Positions 18,309-27,200 of a DNA stretch of 32,000 nt are shown here, in pieces. A program made the translations under genes and the position numbers. The notes beneath the pieces were generated by a model. The model had not been told where the DNA came from. It saw nothing but the letters and a program-made list of their open reading frames with translations, and searched no databases. The stretch comes from Alkanindiges sp. WGS2144 (GTDB lineage: Bacteria > Pseudomonadota > Gammaproteobacteria > Pseudomonadales > Moraxellaceae): the NCBI RefSeq assembly GCF_043950625.1, contig NZ_CP171007.1, one strand, 5' to 3'. Positions within the stretch are counted from its first letter, which is position 1. The number at the start of each line of letters is the position of its first letter.

Positions 18309-19754
18309 ATGCGTGACATTACCCAGCCTAAGCCCCAATACCCGCTGTACCTAGCCAATAAAGCCGTAGAAACCGGCCAATGGTTAGAAGTGACGGATAA
18401 ATTTAGCGGCAAGGTGGTCAGTCAGGTCGCGCAGGCTGATGAAAAATTTTTAGATCAGGCCATTGAGGCTGCGGTCAATGCTGAAGCTGCCATGGCCGCC
18501 TTAAAGCCTTATCAAAAACAGCAAATATTGCTGCATTGTGTTGAGCGTTTTAAACAGCGCAGTGAAGAGCTGGCGCATATTCTGGTGGTCGAGGGCGGAA
18601 AACCGATTGCAGCGGCCAAAGCCGAAGTATTGCGTTTGATTAGCACCTTTCAGCTAGCGGCAGATGCTGTAACCCAAATGGATCAGGGCGTGGTGATGCC
18701 GCTGGCCGTAACAAAAGCAGCTGCCCAGTATCGCGGCATGACCCAGCGCGTACCGGTGGGCGCAGTATCACTGATTAGTCCGTTTAATTTTCCGTTAAAC
18801 CTGACCGCGCATAAAATTGCCCCGGCGATTGTGGCCGGTTGTCCGTTTGTATTAAAACCCGCCAGTCTGACCCCCATTAGCGCCATTATTATTGGCGAGG
18901 TACTGGCAGAAACCGATTTGCCGATGGGCGCGTTTTCCATTATGCCGTGTCACCGTGATGCAGCGGATATCATGGTGACCGATGACCGCTTTAAACTACT
19001 GAGCTTTACTGGCTCTGATCAGGTGGGCTGGGACATGAAAGCGCGTTCCGGCCGTAAAAAGGTGGTGCTGGAACTGGGTGGTAATGCAGCGGTGATGCTG
19101 GAAGACGATGCCAATGTGGATGCCGCGCTGGATCGTTTAATTGCCGGCAGCTTTGGCCAGGCCGGGCAGGTGTGCATTAGCGTACAGCGGATATTGGTGC
19201 ATGAAAAAATCTATGCTGAGTTAAAACAAAAATTTGTGGCGCGGGTACAGCAGCTTAAAGCCGCCAATCCAGCGCTGGATGATACCGTGGTTGGCCCCAT
19301 GATCAAAGAAAAAGAAGCCATTCGCTTAAAGCAATGGATTGATACCGCGGTAGAACAGGGCGCAAAGCGATTAACCGGTGGTGAGCTAAACGGCGTGATG
19401 CTGGAAGCTACGGTGCTGGAAAATGTCCATCCGCAAACTGATATTTATCAGCATGAAGCCTTTGGCCCGGTGGTGATATTGGAGCCTTATGCTGAATTTG
19501 AGGCAGGTTTACAACGAATTAATGACAGTCGCTTTGGTTTGCAAGCCGGTATATATACCAATGATCTCAATAAAATGTTTAAAGCCTGGGATAGCTTGCA
19601 GGTGGGCGGCGTGATTATTAACGATGTGCCCACCTTTCGGGTGGATAACATGCCCTATGGCGGGGTCAAGGACAGTGGGCTGGGACGTGAGGGAATTCAT
19701 GCTGCGGTGCTGGACATGACCGAGGAGCGGGTGCTGGTGATTCGGCAGGCTTAA
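18309..19754 (+). CDS. NAD(P)+-dependent aldehyde dehydrogenase family protein
   Basis: 481 aa from the ATG at 18309, with an AAGAAGGA RBS 8 nt upstream (the track start at 18255 is a GTG). It has the catalytic Glu motif VLELGGNA, the catalytic Cys motif GQAGQVCISVQR, and a C-terminal PYGGVKDSGLGREG. Confidence 0.92.
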   Translation: MRDITQPKPQYPLYLANKAVETGQWLEVTDKFSGKVVSQVAQADEKFLDQAIEAAVNAEAAMAALKPYQKQQILLHCVERFKQRSEELAHILVVEGGKPIAAAKAEVLRLISTFQLAADAVTQMDQGVVMPLAVTKAAAQYRGMTQRVPVGAVSLISPFNFPLNLTAHKIAPAIVAGCPFVLKPASLTPISAIIIGEVLAETDLPMGAFSIMPCHRDAADIMVTDDRFKLLSFTGSDQVGWDMKARSGRKKVVLELGGNAAVMLEDDANVDAALDRLIAGSFGQAGQVCISVQRILVHEKIYAELKQKFVARVQQLKAANPALDDTVVGPMIKEKEAIRLKQWIDTAVEQGAKRLTGGELNGVMLEATVLENVHPQTDIYQHEAFGPVVILEPYAEFEAGLQRINDSRFGLQAGIYTNDLNKMFKAWDSLQVGGVIINDVPTFRVDNMPYGGVKDSGLGREGIHAAVLDMTEERVLVIRQA

Positions 19755-19906
19755 AGCATGAGGCCTGAAAAACTGGCTAAAAGTAAATATTGGCTCAACT
19801 GGCTTACAAATTTATGCCTTGCCGGCCAGTCAATGATGGCGTTACAGGATGTATTAGCATAAGGGCTTATATTAAAATTGCGCCCTGAATTATAAAAGGA
19901 AAGAGC

Positions 19907-21418
19907 ATGTCACAAGTGCGCGAAAGCTGGTCAGCCCGATCTGGCTTTATTTTTGCAGCGGTAGGATCTGCCGTGGGTCTGGGCAATATATGGCGCTTTC
20001 CTTATGTGGCCTATGAAAACGGTGGTGGGGCGTTTTTGCTGCCGTATTTAATTGCACTGCTTACGGCCGGCTTACCACTATTATTTTTAGATTATATTGT
20101 TGGGCACAAATACCGTAGCGCAGCCCCTCTAGCGTATCAGCAGGTGACATCAAAGGCACAAAGCCTGGGCTGGTGGCAGGTGATGGTGTGCCTGTTTATT
20201 GGCACCTACTATGCCAGTGTTCTGGCCTGGGCGGCCAGCTATGTGTATTTCTCTTTTGGGCAAAAATGGCAGGCGCAGCCCGAACAGTTTTTTATGCAAA
20301 CCTATTTGCAAAGTAGCAGTGTATCAAGCGAGAGTGGCAGCAGCTTTAGCTTTGATATTATTCCGCATTTGTTTTTCCCTATTGTGGGCATGTGGATACT
20401 GGTACTGCTGATTTTATATTTAGGCATTAAGCGCGGGGTGGAGCTGTCCAACAAGATTTTTATTCCCTTATTGATTGTCCTGTTTGGTGTTTTAGTCATT
20501 CAGGCAGTGCGCTTACCGGGCGCGGTTGAGGGTTTAAATGCCTTTTTTACCCCCAACTGGCAGGCCATGACCGACTATAAAGTATGGCTGGCGGCGTATG
20601 GGCATATCTTTTTTTCCCTCTCGGTTGGCTTTGGCATTATGGTCACTTATGCCTCTTATTTGGGTAAAAAAGCTAATTTAACCGGCTCAGGGCTGGTGGT
20701 GGGACTGGCTAATTCGTCTTTTGAAATACTGGCAGGCATTGGCGTATTTGCCGCGCTTGGCTTTATGGCGCATGCACAGGGCGTGCCGGTCAGTGAAGTG
20801 GTGAGTGGCGGGATTGGACTAGCCTTTATTGCCTTTCCGCAACTGATTAGTAGTCTGGGGGCGGGCGGTGACTGGTTTGGTTTTTTGTTTTTTAGCTCGC
20901 TGGTGGTGGCTGGCGTCACCTCGCTGGTCAGTGTGATGGAAGTGCCGATTAGTGCCTTTCAGGACAAAACCGGATGCAGCCGGCAAAAGGCCGTGCTGGG
21001 AGTTGGTGGTGGTACTGCACTGGTGTCCATTGTGCTGTTTTCAACCGCCAATGCGATTGCGCTGGTTGATATTATTGATCATTTTGTGAATAACATTGGC
21101 ATTGTGCTAGGTGCGTTTTTGTCGATTATTCTGGTCACATGGATTATGCGCCGCAAGTTGCTGGAGTTTACCCGGCACAGTAACCAGTTTTCCAGTATCA
21201 AGCTAGGTAAGGTCTGGCAGTTTTTACTCACGGTGGTGACGCCCGTCAGCCTCCTGATTGCTTTGGTCTTAACCATGAATAGCCTGTTGCGCGAAGGCTA
21301 CGGTAATTATCCGTCATGGCTGGTCATGACCTTTGGCTGGGGCAGTTTGCTGTGCTGTTTAATTGGTGCACTACTGCTGAATTATTTGCCACAACGTAAC
21401 AGCCATCATCAGGAGTAA
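19907..21418 (+). CDS. Neurotransmitter:sodium symporter (NSS/SNF) family transporter
   Basis: 503 aa with the NSS signature at the N-terminus (WSARSGFIFAAVGSAVGLGNIWRFPYVAYENGGGAFLLPY) and about 11-12 TM helices. The RBS is AAAGGAAAGAG. Confidence 0.92.
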   Translation: MSQVRESWSARSGFIFAAVGSAVGLGNIWRFPYVAYENGGGAFLLPYLIALLTAGLPLLFLDYIVGHKYRSAAPLAYQQVTSKAQSLGWWQVMVCLFIGTYYASVLAWAASYVYFSFGQKWQAQPEQFFMQTYLQSSSVSSESGSSFSFDIIPHLFFPIVGMWILVLLILYLGIKRGVELSNKIFIPLLIVLFGVLVIQAVRLPGAVEGLNAFFTPNWQAMTDYKVWLAAYGHIFFSLSVGFGIMVTYASYLGKKANLTGSGLVVGLANSSFEILAGIGVFAALGFMAHAQGVPVSEVVSGGIGLAFIAFPQLISSLGAGGDWFGFLFFSSLVVAGVTSLVSVMEVPISAFQDKTGCSRQKAVLGVGGGTALVSIVLFSTANAIALVDIIDHFVNNIGIVLGAFLSIILVTWIMRRKLLEFTRHSNQFSSIKLGKVWQFLLTVVTPVSLLIALVLTMNSLLREGYGNYPSWLVMTFGWGSLLCCLIGALLLNYLPQRNSHHQE

Positions 21419-21423
21419 GGTTT

Positions 21424-21528
21424 ATGAATAGCAATGCACTGGTGATGATGGTGTTATCCATGCTGCTGCTGTGGGGTGGCTTGCTGGCGGCTATTGTGCA
21501 TTTAATGCGACATCCCGATGAAGAGTAA
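21424..21528 (+). CDS. MetS-family NSS transporter small subunit (34 aa, not in the ORF track)
   Basis: The ATG at 21424 lies 5 nt after the NSS stop. It encodes MNSNALVMMVLSMLLLWGGLLAAIVHLMRHPDEE, with the TAA stop at 21526-21528. It is a single TM helix with the WGG motif and a basic/acidic tail. Size, position and motif match the small subunits that accompany MetP-type NSS transporters. Confidence 0.7.
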   Translation: MNSNALVMMVLSMLLLWGGLLAAIVHLMRHPDEE

Positions 21529-21602
21529 GGCTTAGTAATGCAGCAAGCGGCTTAAGGTTAGTTATACTAGCGCTTATCAATCACTGAAATTTTAAGACAC
21601 AC

Positions 21603-22559
21603 GTGAAAATTATTTTTGCTGGAACGCCTGAGTTTGCCGCCACTGCGCTGGCTGCCTTAATTGCTGCTGGTCATGAGATTGTGGCTGTGTACACTCAACC
21701 TGACCGCCCTGCCGGGCGCGGACAAAAACTCAGCCCTTCGGCAGTTAAAATGCTGGCGCTACAGCATAATTTGCCGGTTTATCAGCCTTTAACTTTAAAA
21801 AACAGCAGCGAAGACGGCCTGACTGCACAAGCCCAGCTCAAAGCTTTGGACGCGGATGTGATGGTGGTGGCAGCCTACGGGTTAATCCTGCCACAGACGG
21901 TGCTGGATATGCCGCGTTTTGGCTGCTTAAATATTCATGCGTCCTTATTGCCACAATGGCGTGGTGCCGCGCCCATTCATCGTGCCCTGCTGGCCGGAGA
22001 TAGTCAGACCGGTATTACCATTATGCAAATGGATGCCGGTCTGGACACTGGTGACATGCTGTATAAAACCTTTTGTCCTATAGAAGCTTCCGACACCAGC
22101 GCGACCTTGCATGACAAGCTTGCGCTACAGGGCGGGCAGGCCATTACGACAGTGTTAAAAGACCTGCACACCTTGCAGAACTATCAGACCAGGCGAGAGG
22201 TGCAGGATAATGCACAAGCGACCTATGCACAAAAACTGGTAAAAAGTGAGGCCAAAATTGACTGGCAATTAGATGCTGCCGAGCTGGATAGGCAAATTCG
22301 TGCTTATCAGCCATGGCCAGTGTCGTTTTGTGAGCTAGAAGGTCAAAACCTGCGGGTGTGGTCAGCCAGTTTAACCAGGCAGCATAGTGAGCAGCCAGCT
22401 GGTACAGTAGTGAATATTGATAAGCATGGCGTACAGGTCATATGCGGTGACGGGCAGCTATTAAACCTGACTAGCCTGCAATGGCCGGGTGGCAAAGCCT
22501 TAAACAGCGTGCAAATGCTACAGGCACAAAAAATTAAACCAGGGCAGGTGTTGCGATGA
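21603..22559 (+). CDS. fmt: Methionyl-tRNA formyltransferase
   Basis: 318 aa with a GTG start. MKIIFAGTPEFAA N-terminus, HASLLPQWRGAAPI catalytic motif, and a C-terminal tRNA-binding domain. It overlaps rsmB by 4 bp (ATGA). Confidence 0.97.
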   Translation: MKIIFAGTPEFAATALAALIAAGHEIVAVYTQPDRPAGRGQKLSPSAVKMLALQHNLPVYQPLTLKNSSEDGLTAQAQLKALDADVMVVAAYGLILPQTVLDMPRFGCLNIHASLLPQWRGAAPIHRALLAGDSQTGITIMQMDAGLDTGDMLYKTFCPIEASDTSATLHDKLALQGGQAITTVLKDLHTLQNYQTRREVQDNAQATYAQKLVKSEAKIDWQLDAAELDRQIRAYQPWPVSFCELEGQNLRVWSASLTRQHSEQPAGTVVNIDKHGVQVICGDGQLLNLTSLQWPGGKALNSVQMLQAQKIKPGQVLR

Positions 22560-23908
22560 AACCATTACGCCAAACGGCAAGCCATAAAAAGCCAGCAGGC
22601 AAGCCGCCATCATTTAAAAACAATAAGCCAGCCCATTTAAATCTGCGTGCTCGTGTGATTGTGCTATTACAACAGGTTTATGACGGGCAATCGCTCAATC
22701 AAATCCTGCCACAAGCCATTGAGCAGACCCCGGTCAAGGACAAAGGTCTGTTTAACGAGCTGGTGATGGGCACCTTACGGCACTGGTTTGCGCTAGATGC
22801 ACAAATTCAGCCGATGCTGGTCAAACCACTCAAAGACCGCCGTGTGCATATGGCGCTATTGCTGGGTTTATATCAGCTGCTGCAAACCCGCATTCCGGCG
22901 CATGCAGCCATTAGCGAAACGGTTGACGCCATTAAACAGCTCAAACTGGATCAGGCCAGTGGTCTGGTCAATGCCTTATTGCGCCGTGCCACCCGCGAAA
23001 TGGATAGTATGCAACACAGCTTTGAGCAGCAGCATGGCCTACCCAACTGGCTATATAAGCAACTCAAAAAAGACTGGCCAGCTCAGGCAGACCAGATTGC
23101 CCAAACCTTGCGTCAATCGGCACCTTTAACCTTGCGAGTAAACAGTCGTCAGTGTTCACGTGATGAGTATGTACAACAATTACAACAGCAGAATATTGCT
23201 GCGCGTGCCTGTGCGTTATCACCGGATGGCATTGTGCTGGAACAGGCCGTAGCCATTCCTGAGTTGCCCGGTTTTGCGCAAGGCTGGTTTTCGGTACAGG
23301 ATGAACATGCCCAGCTGTGCGCAGCTTTTTTAGGCAATCTGGACAATAAAATAGTGCTGGATGCCTGTGCTGCGCCGGGAGGTAAAACTGCGCACTTACT
23401 GGAAAAAAATGATCCGGCGCTACTGATTGCCTTGGATCAGGATGAAAAACGTTTAACCCGTGTGTATGACAACTTGCAGCGCTTGCAACTGTTAAGCGAT
23501 AAGGTCGAGATTGTGGCAGCCGATGCCGCCAGCTGGACGTATACGCAGTCATTTGACCATATTTTGCTGGATGCGCCCTGTACTGCAACCGGGGTGATTC
23601 GCCGCCATCCGGATATTCGCCTGCTGCGCCAGCCATCCGATGTAGCACAAACCGTACAGCTACAAGCCGAACTGCTGGATCACCTGTGGCAGCAGCTGAA
23701 GCCCGGTGGTAATTTGCTATATGTGACCTGTTCTCTTTTGAGGCAGGAAAATGAACAGCAAATTCAGGCCTTTTTACAGCGAACAACAGATGCCAAAGTG
23801 ATGCCGTTGGCTATGAGCGGAAGTGGGTCTGTAGCGGTTGGGATACAGTTGTTGCCGCAGCCGGGTGGCGGGGATGGGTTTTATTTTGCCAAGCTTGAAA
23901 AATCCTGA
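22556..23908 (+). CDS. rsmB: 16S rRNA (cytosine967-C5)-methyltransferase
   Basis: 450 aa. N-terminal NusB-like domain, SAM motif LDACAAPGGKT, catalytic Cys motifs LLDAPCTATGVIRRHPD and LLYVTCSL. It shows the conserved fmt-rsmB coupling. Confidence 0.95.
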   Translation: MKPLRQTASHKKPAGKPPSFKNNKPAHLNLRARVIVLLQQVYDGQSLNQILPQAIEQTPVKDKGLFNELVMGTLRHWFALDAQIQPMLVKPLKDRRVHMALLLGLYQLLQTRIPAHAAISETVDAIKQLKLDQASGLVNALLRRATREMDSMQHSFEQQHGLPNWLYKQLKKDWPAQADQIAQTLRQSAPLTLRVNSRQCSRDEYVQQLQQQNIAARACALSPDGIVLEQAVAIPELPGFAQGWFSVQDEHAQLCAAFLGNLDNKIVLDACAAPGGKTAHLLEKNDPALLIALDQDEKRLTRVYDNLQRLQLLSDKVEIVAADAASWTYTQSFDHILLDAPCTATGVIRRHPDIRLLRQPSDVAQTVQLQAELLDHLWQQLKPGGNLLYVTCSLLRQENEQQIQAFLQRTTDAKVMPLAMSGSGSVAVGIQLLPQPGGGDGFYFAKLEKS

Positions 23909-24062
23909 GTGAGGATAAAGTAAGTTTTAATACTAAGGGCGATACTTTTAAAGATAAAAACATTATTCCAGCCAAAACTCTATTGTTTAGAAAAAATAAC
24001 AAAATACTTTAAGATAATAAAGTTGTAGTAAACACGAAATTTAACTTTACAAAAAAATAGTC

Positions 24063-24108
24063 TTAAATCCATAAAAAGTGCGTCATTCGTCACTTTTTAT
24101 GGATTTAA
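24063..24108. repeat. Perfect 18-bp inverted repeat (stem-loop) in the AT-rich spacer upstream of the adhesin gene
   Basis: TTAAATCCATAAAAAGTG (24063-24080) and CACTTTTTATGGATTTAA (24091-24108) are exact reverse complements separated by a 10-nt loop. The element lies 155 bp after the rsmB stop and 132 bp before the adhesin ATG. It could be a terminator or an operator. Confidence 0.6.
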
Positions 24109-24239
24109 AGCCCCGTTTTGCATATTATTTTTATGAACAGGGAAAGTGTAAATTTTTAGTGGCTCAAATTTTATTTGGAAAAATAGAGCACAAAACTTTG
24201 CATTATCTCGATAAAAATTTACCATCAGAGTAATGCGCT

Positions 24240-27200
24240 ATGAATAAAATTTATCGTGTGGTATGGAATGCATCCTTAGGAATCTGGATTGCGGTTTCAG
24301 AGCTGGCTAGAAGTAAAACAAAAAATAACAGTCACATGGTAGGATCCATAGCGCAGCCGCAATCTGTTGCTATGCCCCATCATAGCTATACGGCACCTCC
24401 TTTTGCTTTAAAATATCTAGCCGCTATCTTAGCTGTTGGCAGTGTTATTAGTATAGTAAGCATTGTTCCGGCTTATGCTTTAGAGACCATTGCTGATGAC
24501 CTTGAAGTAACTGGTACTACGCAGCTAGATGATAAATTAACAGTAACCAAAAACGGTGCTGATATTACCGGTGATACCAAGATTACTGGTAAAAGCACCG
24601 TTACTAGTGATTCGTCTGTTGGCGGTAACTCTACAGTGGCTGGTAGTGCCACTATTGGTAATGGCTTAACGGTTAATAGCGGTACAACTTCTTTAAAAAA
24701 CACTAGTGTTGGTGGCACACTTAATGTAACTGGTGCCACTAATTTCAATAGTGCTACTGCAACAGGTGCTATTAAGGCATCCAGCTTAGAATCGACTGGA
24801 GCAACCAAAGTTGGTAATGGCCTAACCGTCAGCGCAGGCGGTGCCACGGTTACAGGTGATTCTAGTTTTTCCAATAAATTAAGCGTTACTGGGGCCACTA
24901 CATTAAATGGTGGTTTAACGGTAAACGGTGCTAATCTTAATAACCAAAAAATTATTGGACTGGCTAACGGTACCGCAGCTACTGATGCTGTAAATAAAGG
25001 CCAGTTGGATGAGATAGGGGCTACAGCAAATAAAGGTTGGAACCTCAATACAGCTAGTACAGGGTCTGGCACAGCTATTGGTAGCACCAAAACCAACGTT
25101 GCCCCTGATGATGAGGTAAAAATTATTGCCGGTGATAACGTTGCTATTACCCAAAGCGGTAAAAATATAACTGTAGCCACCAGCCAAAATCCAAATTTCA
25201 CCACGGTTACCACCACGGGCGCAGTGAACTCCAACTCACTGGCAGTAAGCAATAATGCCACCGTAGGCGGTACCCTGGGGGTAACGGGCGCAACCACACT
25301 CAAAAACACAGCGATAAATGGCACGCTTAACGTAACGGGAGCGACCACCCTAGCCAGTGCTACCGCAAGTGGAGCAATAAAAGCAGCAAGTTTAGAGTCT
25401 ACTGGTGCAACCAAAGTTGGCAATGGCTTAACCGTAACTGCTGGCGGGGCAAACATTACGGGTGACACTAAAGTCACTGGAAAATTAGAATCCACCAGTG
25501 ATGCCAAGGTGGGCGGTACTTTAGAGGTTACGGGAACCGCTAACCTTAAAAATGGCGCAGACGTTAATAATAAAAAAATAACCTCTGTTGCAGCTGGCAA
25601 TATTGCAGCGGCAAGCAGTACTGATGCAGTCAATGGTGGGCAGTTGTATACCGCTAACCAAAATATTGCCACTGCTTTGGGGACAACCTTAGATAGTACA
25701 GGTACATTAGTAGCTCCTACCTACAATGTATCAGATGGTAAGGGTGGGATGACCTCATTTGGTAATGTAAAAGATGCTGTAGAGTTTATTACCGGTGCCA
25801 ATACAGGGGCTGGTGCGGGTATTAAATACTTCCATGTGACCTCAACCGCAGCAGACTCACAAGCTCAAGGTAATGAGTCAATCGCTATTGGTCCACAGTC
25901 TGTTGCAAATGGAAATAGTACCGTTGCGATGGGCGATCAAGCACAAACGGTAAAAAACAACAGTATTAGCATTGGCTTAAAAGCAAAAACCAACGAAGTA
26001 TCCAGTATTGCCATTGGTCAAGAAGCATTAACGCAACAGGAAAACAGCATTGGGCTAGGTAAAAAAGCCATAGCAGCCGGAAAAGCGACTATTAGCATTG
26101 GTGAGGAGTCATTGGCGCAAGGTAGTGGTGCTGTGGCTATCGGCAAGCAGTCTGCCGCCATTCGCGATAATTCCACTGCCATTGGTGGTACCAGAGGCGT
26201 AGCCCGCACCCCTGTACAGACGACCGATCCTGCAGGAAGAATTATTGCGATCGATGGCGTGCCTGTCACCACTGATTCTAGTACGGCGGGTACTAGCACC
26301 GCTAATATTGTTGCTATTGATGGGGTGAGCGTTACCCCACAACAAGTAACCGATTTTTTGGCTACCTTGGCCAGTGGCGCCAACCTTGCAGCAGGGCAGT
26401 ATGCGCTAGCTGTGGGTACCTCCAACATGGCCACCGGTAAGTCCAGCGTTGCTGTAGGGGATTCTACACGAGCAACTGCAGAAGGCGCCATTGCAATGGG
26501 CAAGTCGGCCAGAGCAAGTAGCACCGATAGCATTGCCCTGGGCACGAGCAGTACGGTGTCGGCAGCTAGTGCGCTGGCGCTTGGTAAGAGTGCCATGGCT
26601 AGTGGCGATAGTGGCGTTGCTATAGGCAATACAGCGCAATCTAAACGTGCCGGTTCGGTAGCTGTTGGTCAAGGTGCAGTCACCGATGCTGACTATGCGG
26701 TATCTATCGGTTATCAGGCCGGTAAGGGCAGTAGTCAGGGAACCACCACTGACCGCACCGCCCACATTGCTATTGGTCAGCAGGCTGGACAAGAAGTTAC
26801 CGGCAATCAGAACATTGCGATTGGTGTTAATGCGGGCTCGAATCTTGCCAAAGCCGGTGGTAGTGCCGATGATAATATTGCTATAGGTACCAACGCTGGC
26901 GGCAATGTAAACGACCGTAATATTTCCATTGGTCGCGATAGCAATAAAAACGGTAGCGGCATTCTGCAAGATGCGGTAGCAGTGGGGTATGGTACCACGG
27001 CACTCAACGGTGCAACTGTTTTAGGCACGGGTGCACAAGCTCTTTTAAGTGGTAAAGACGCAGGTACTAATGCCGTTGCAGTAGGTAGCAATGCACAGGT
27101 CAGTGGTAATGGCGGCGTGGCACTCGGTTATAATACCGAGGCAGGCTCAGCCAACGTTGCCTTGGGCATGTCAAGTGTAGCGCTCAATAACTCTACTGGT

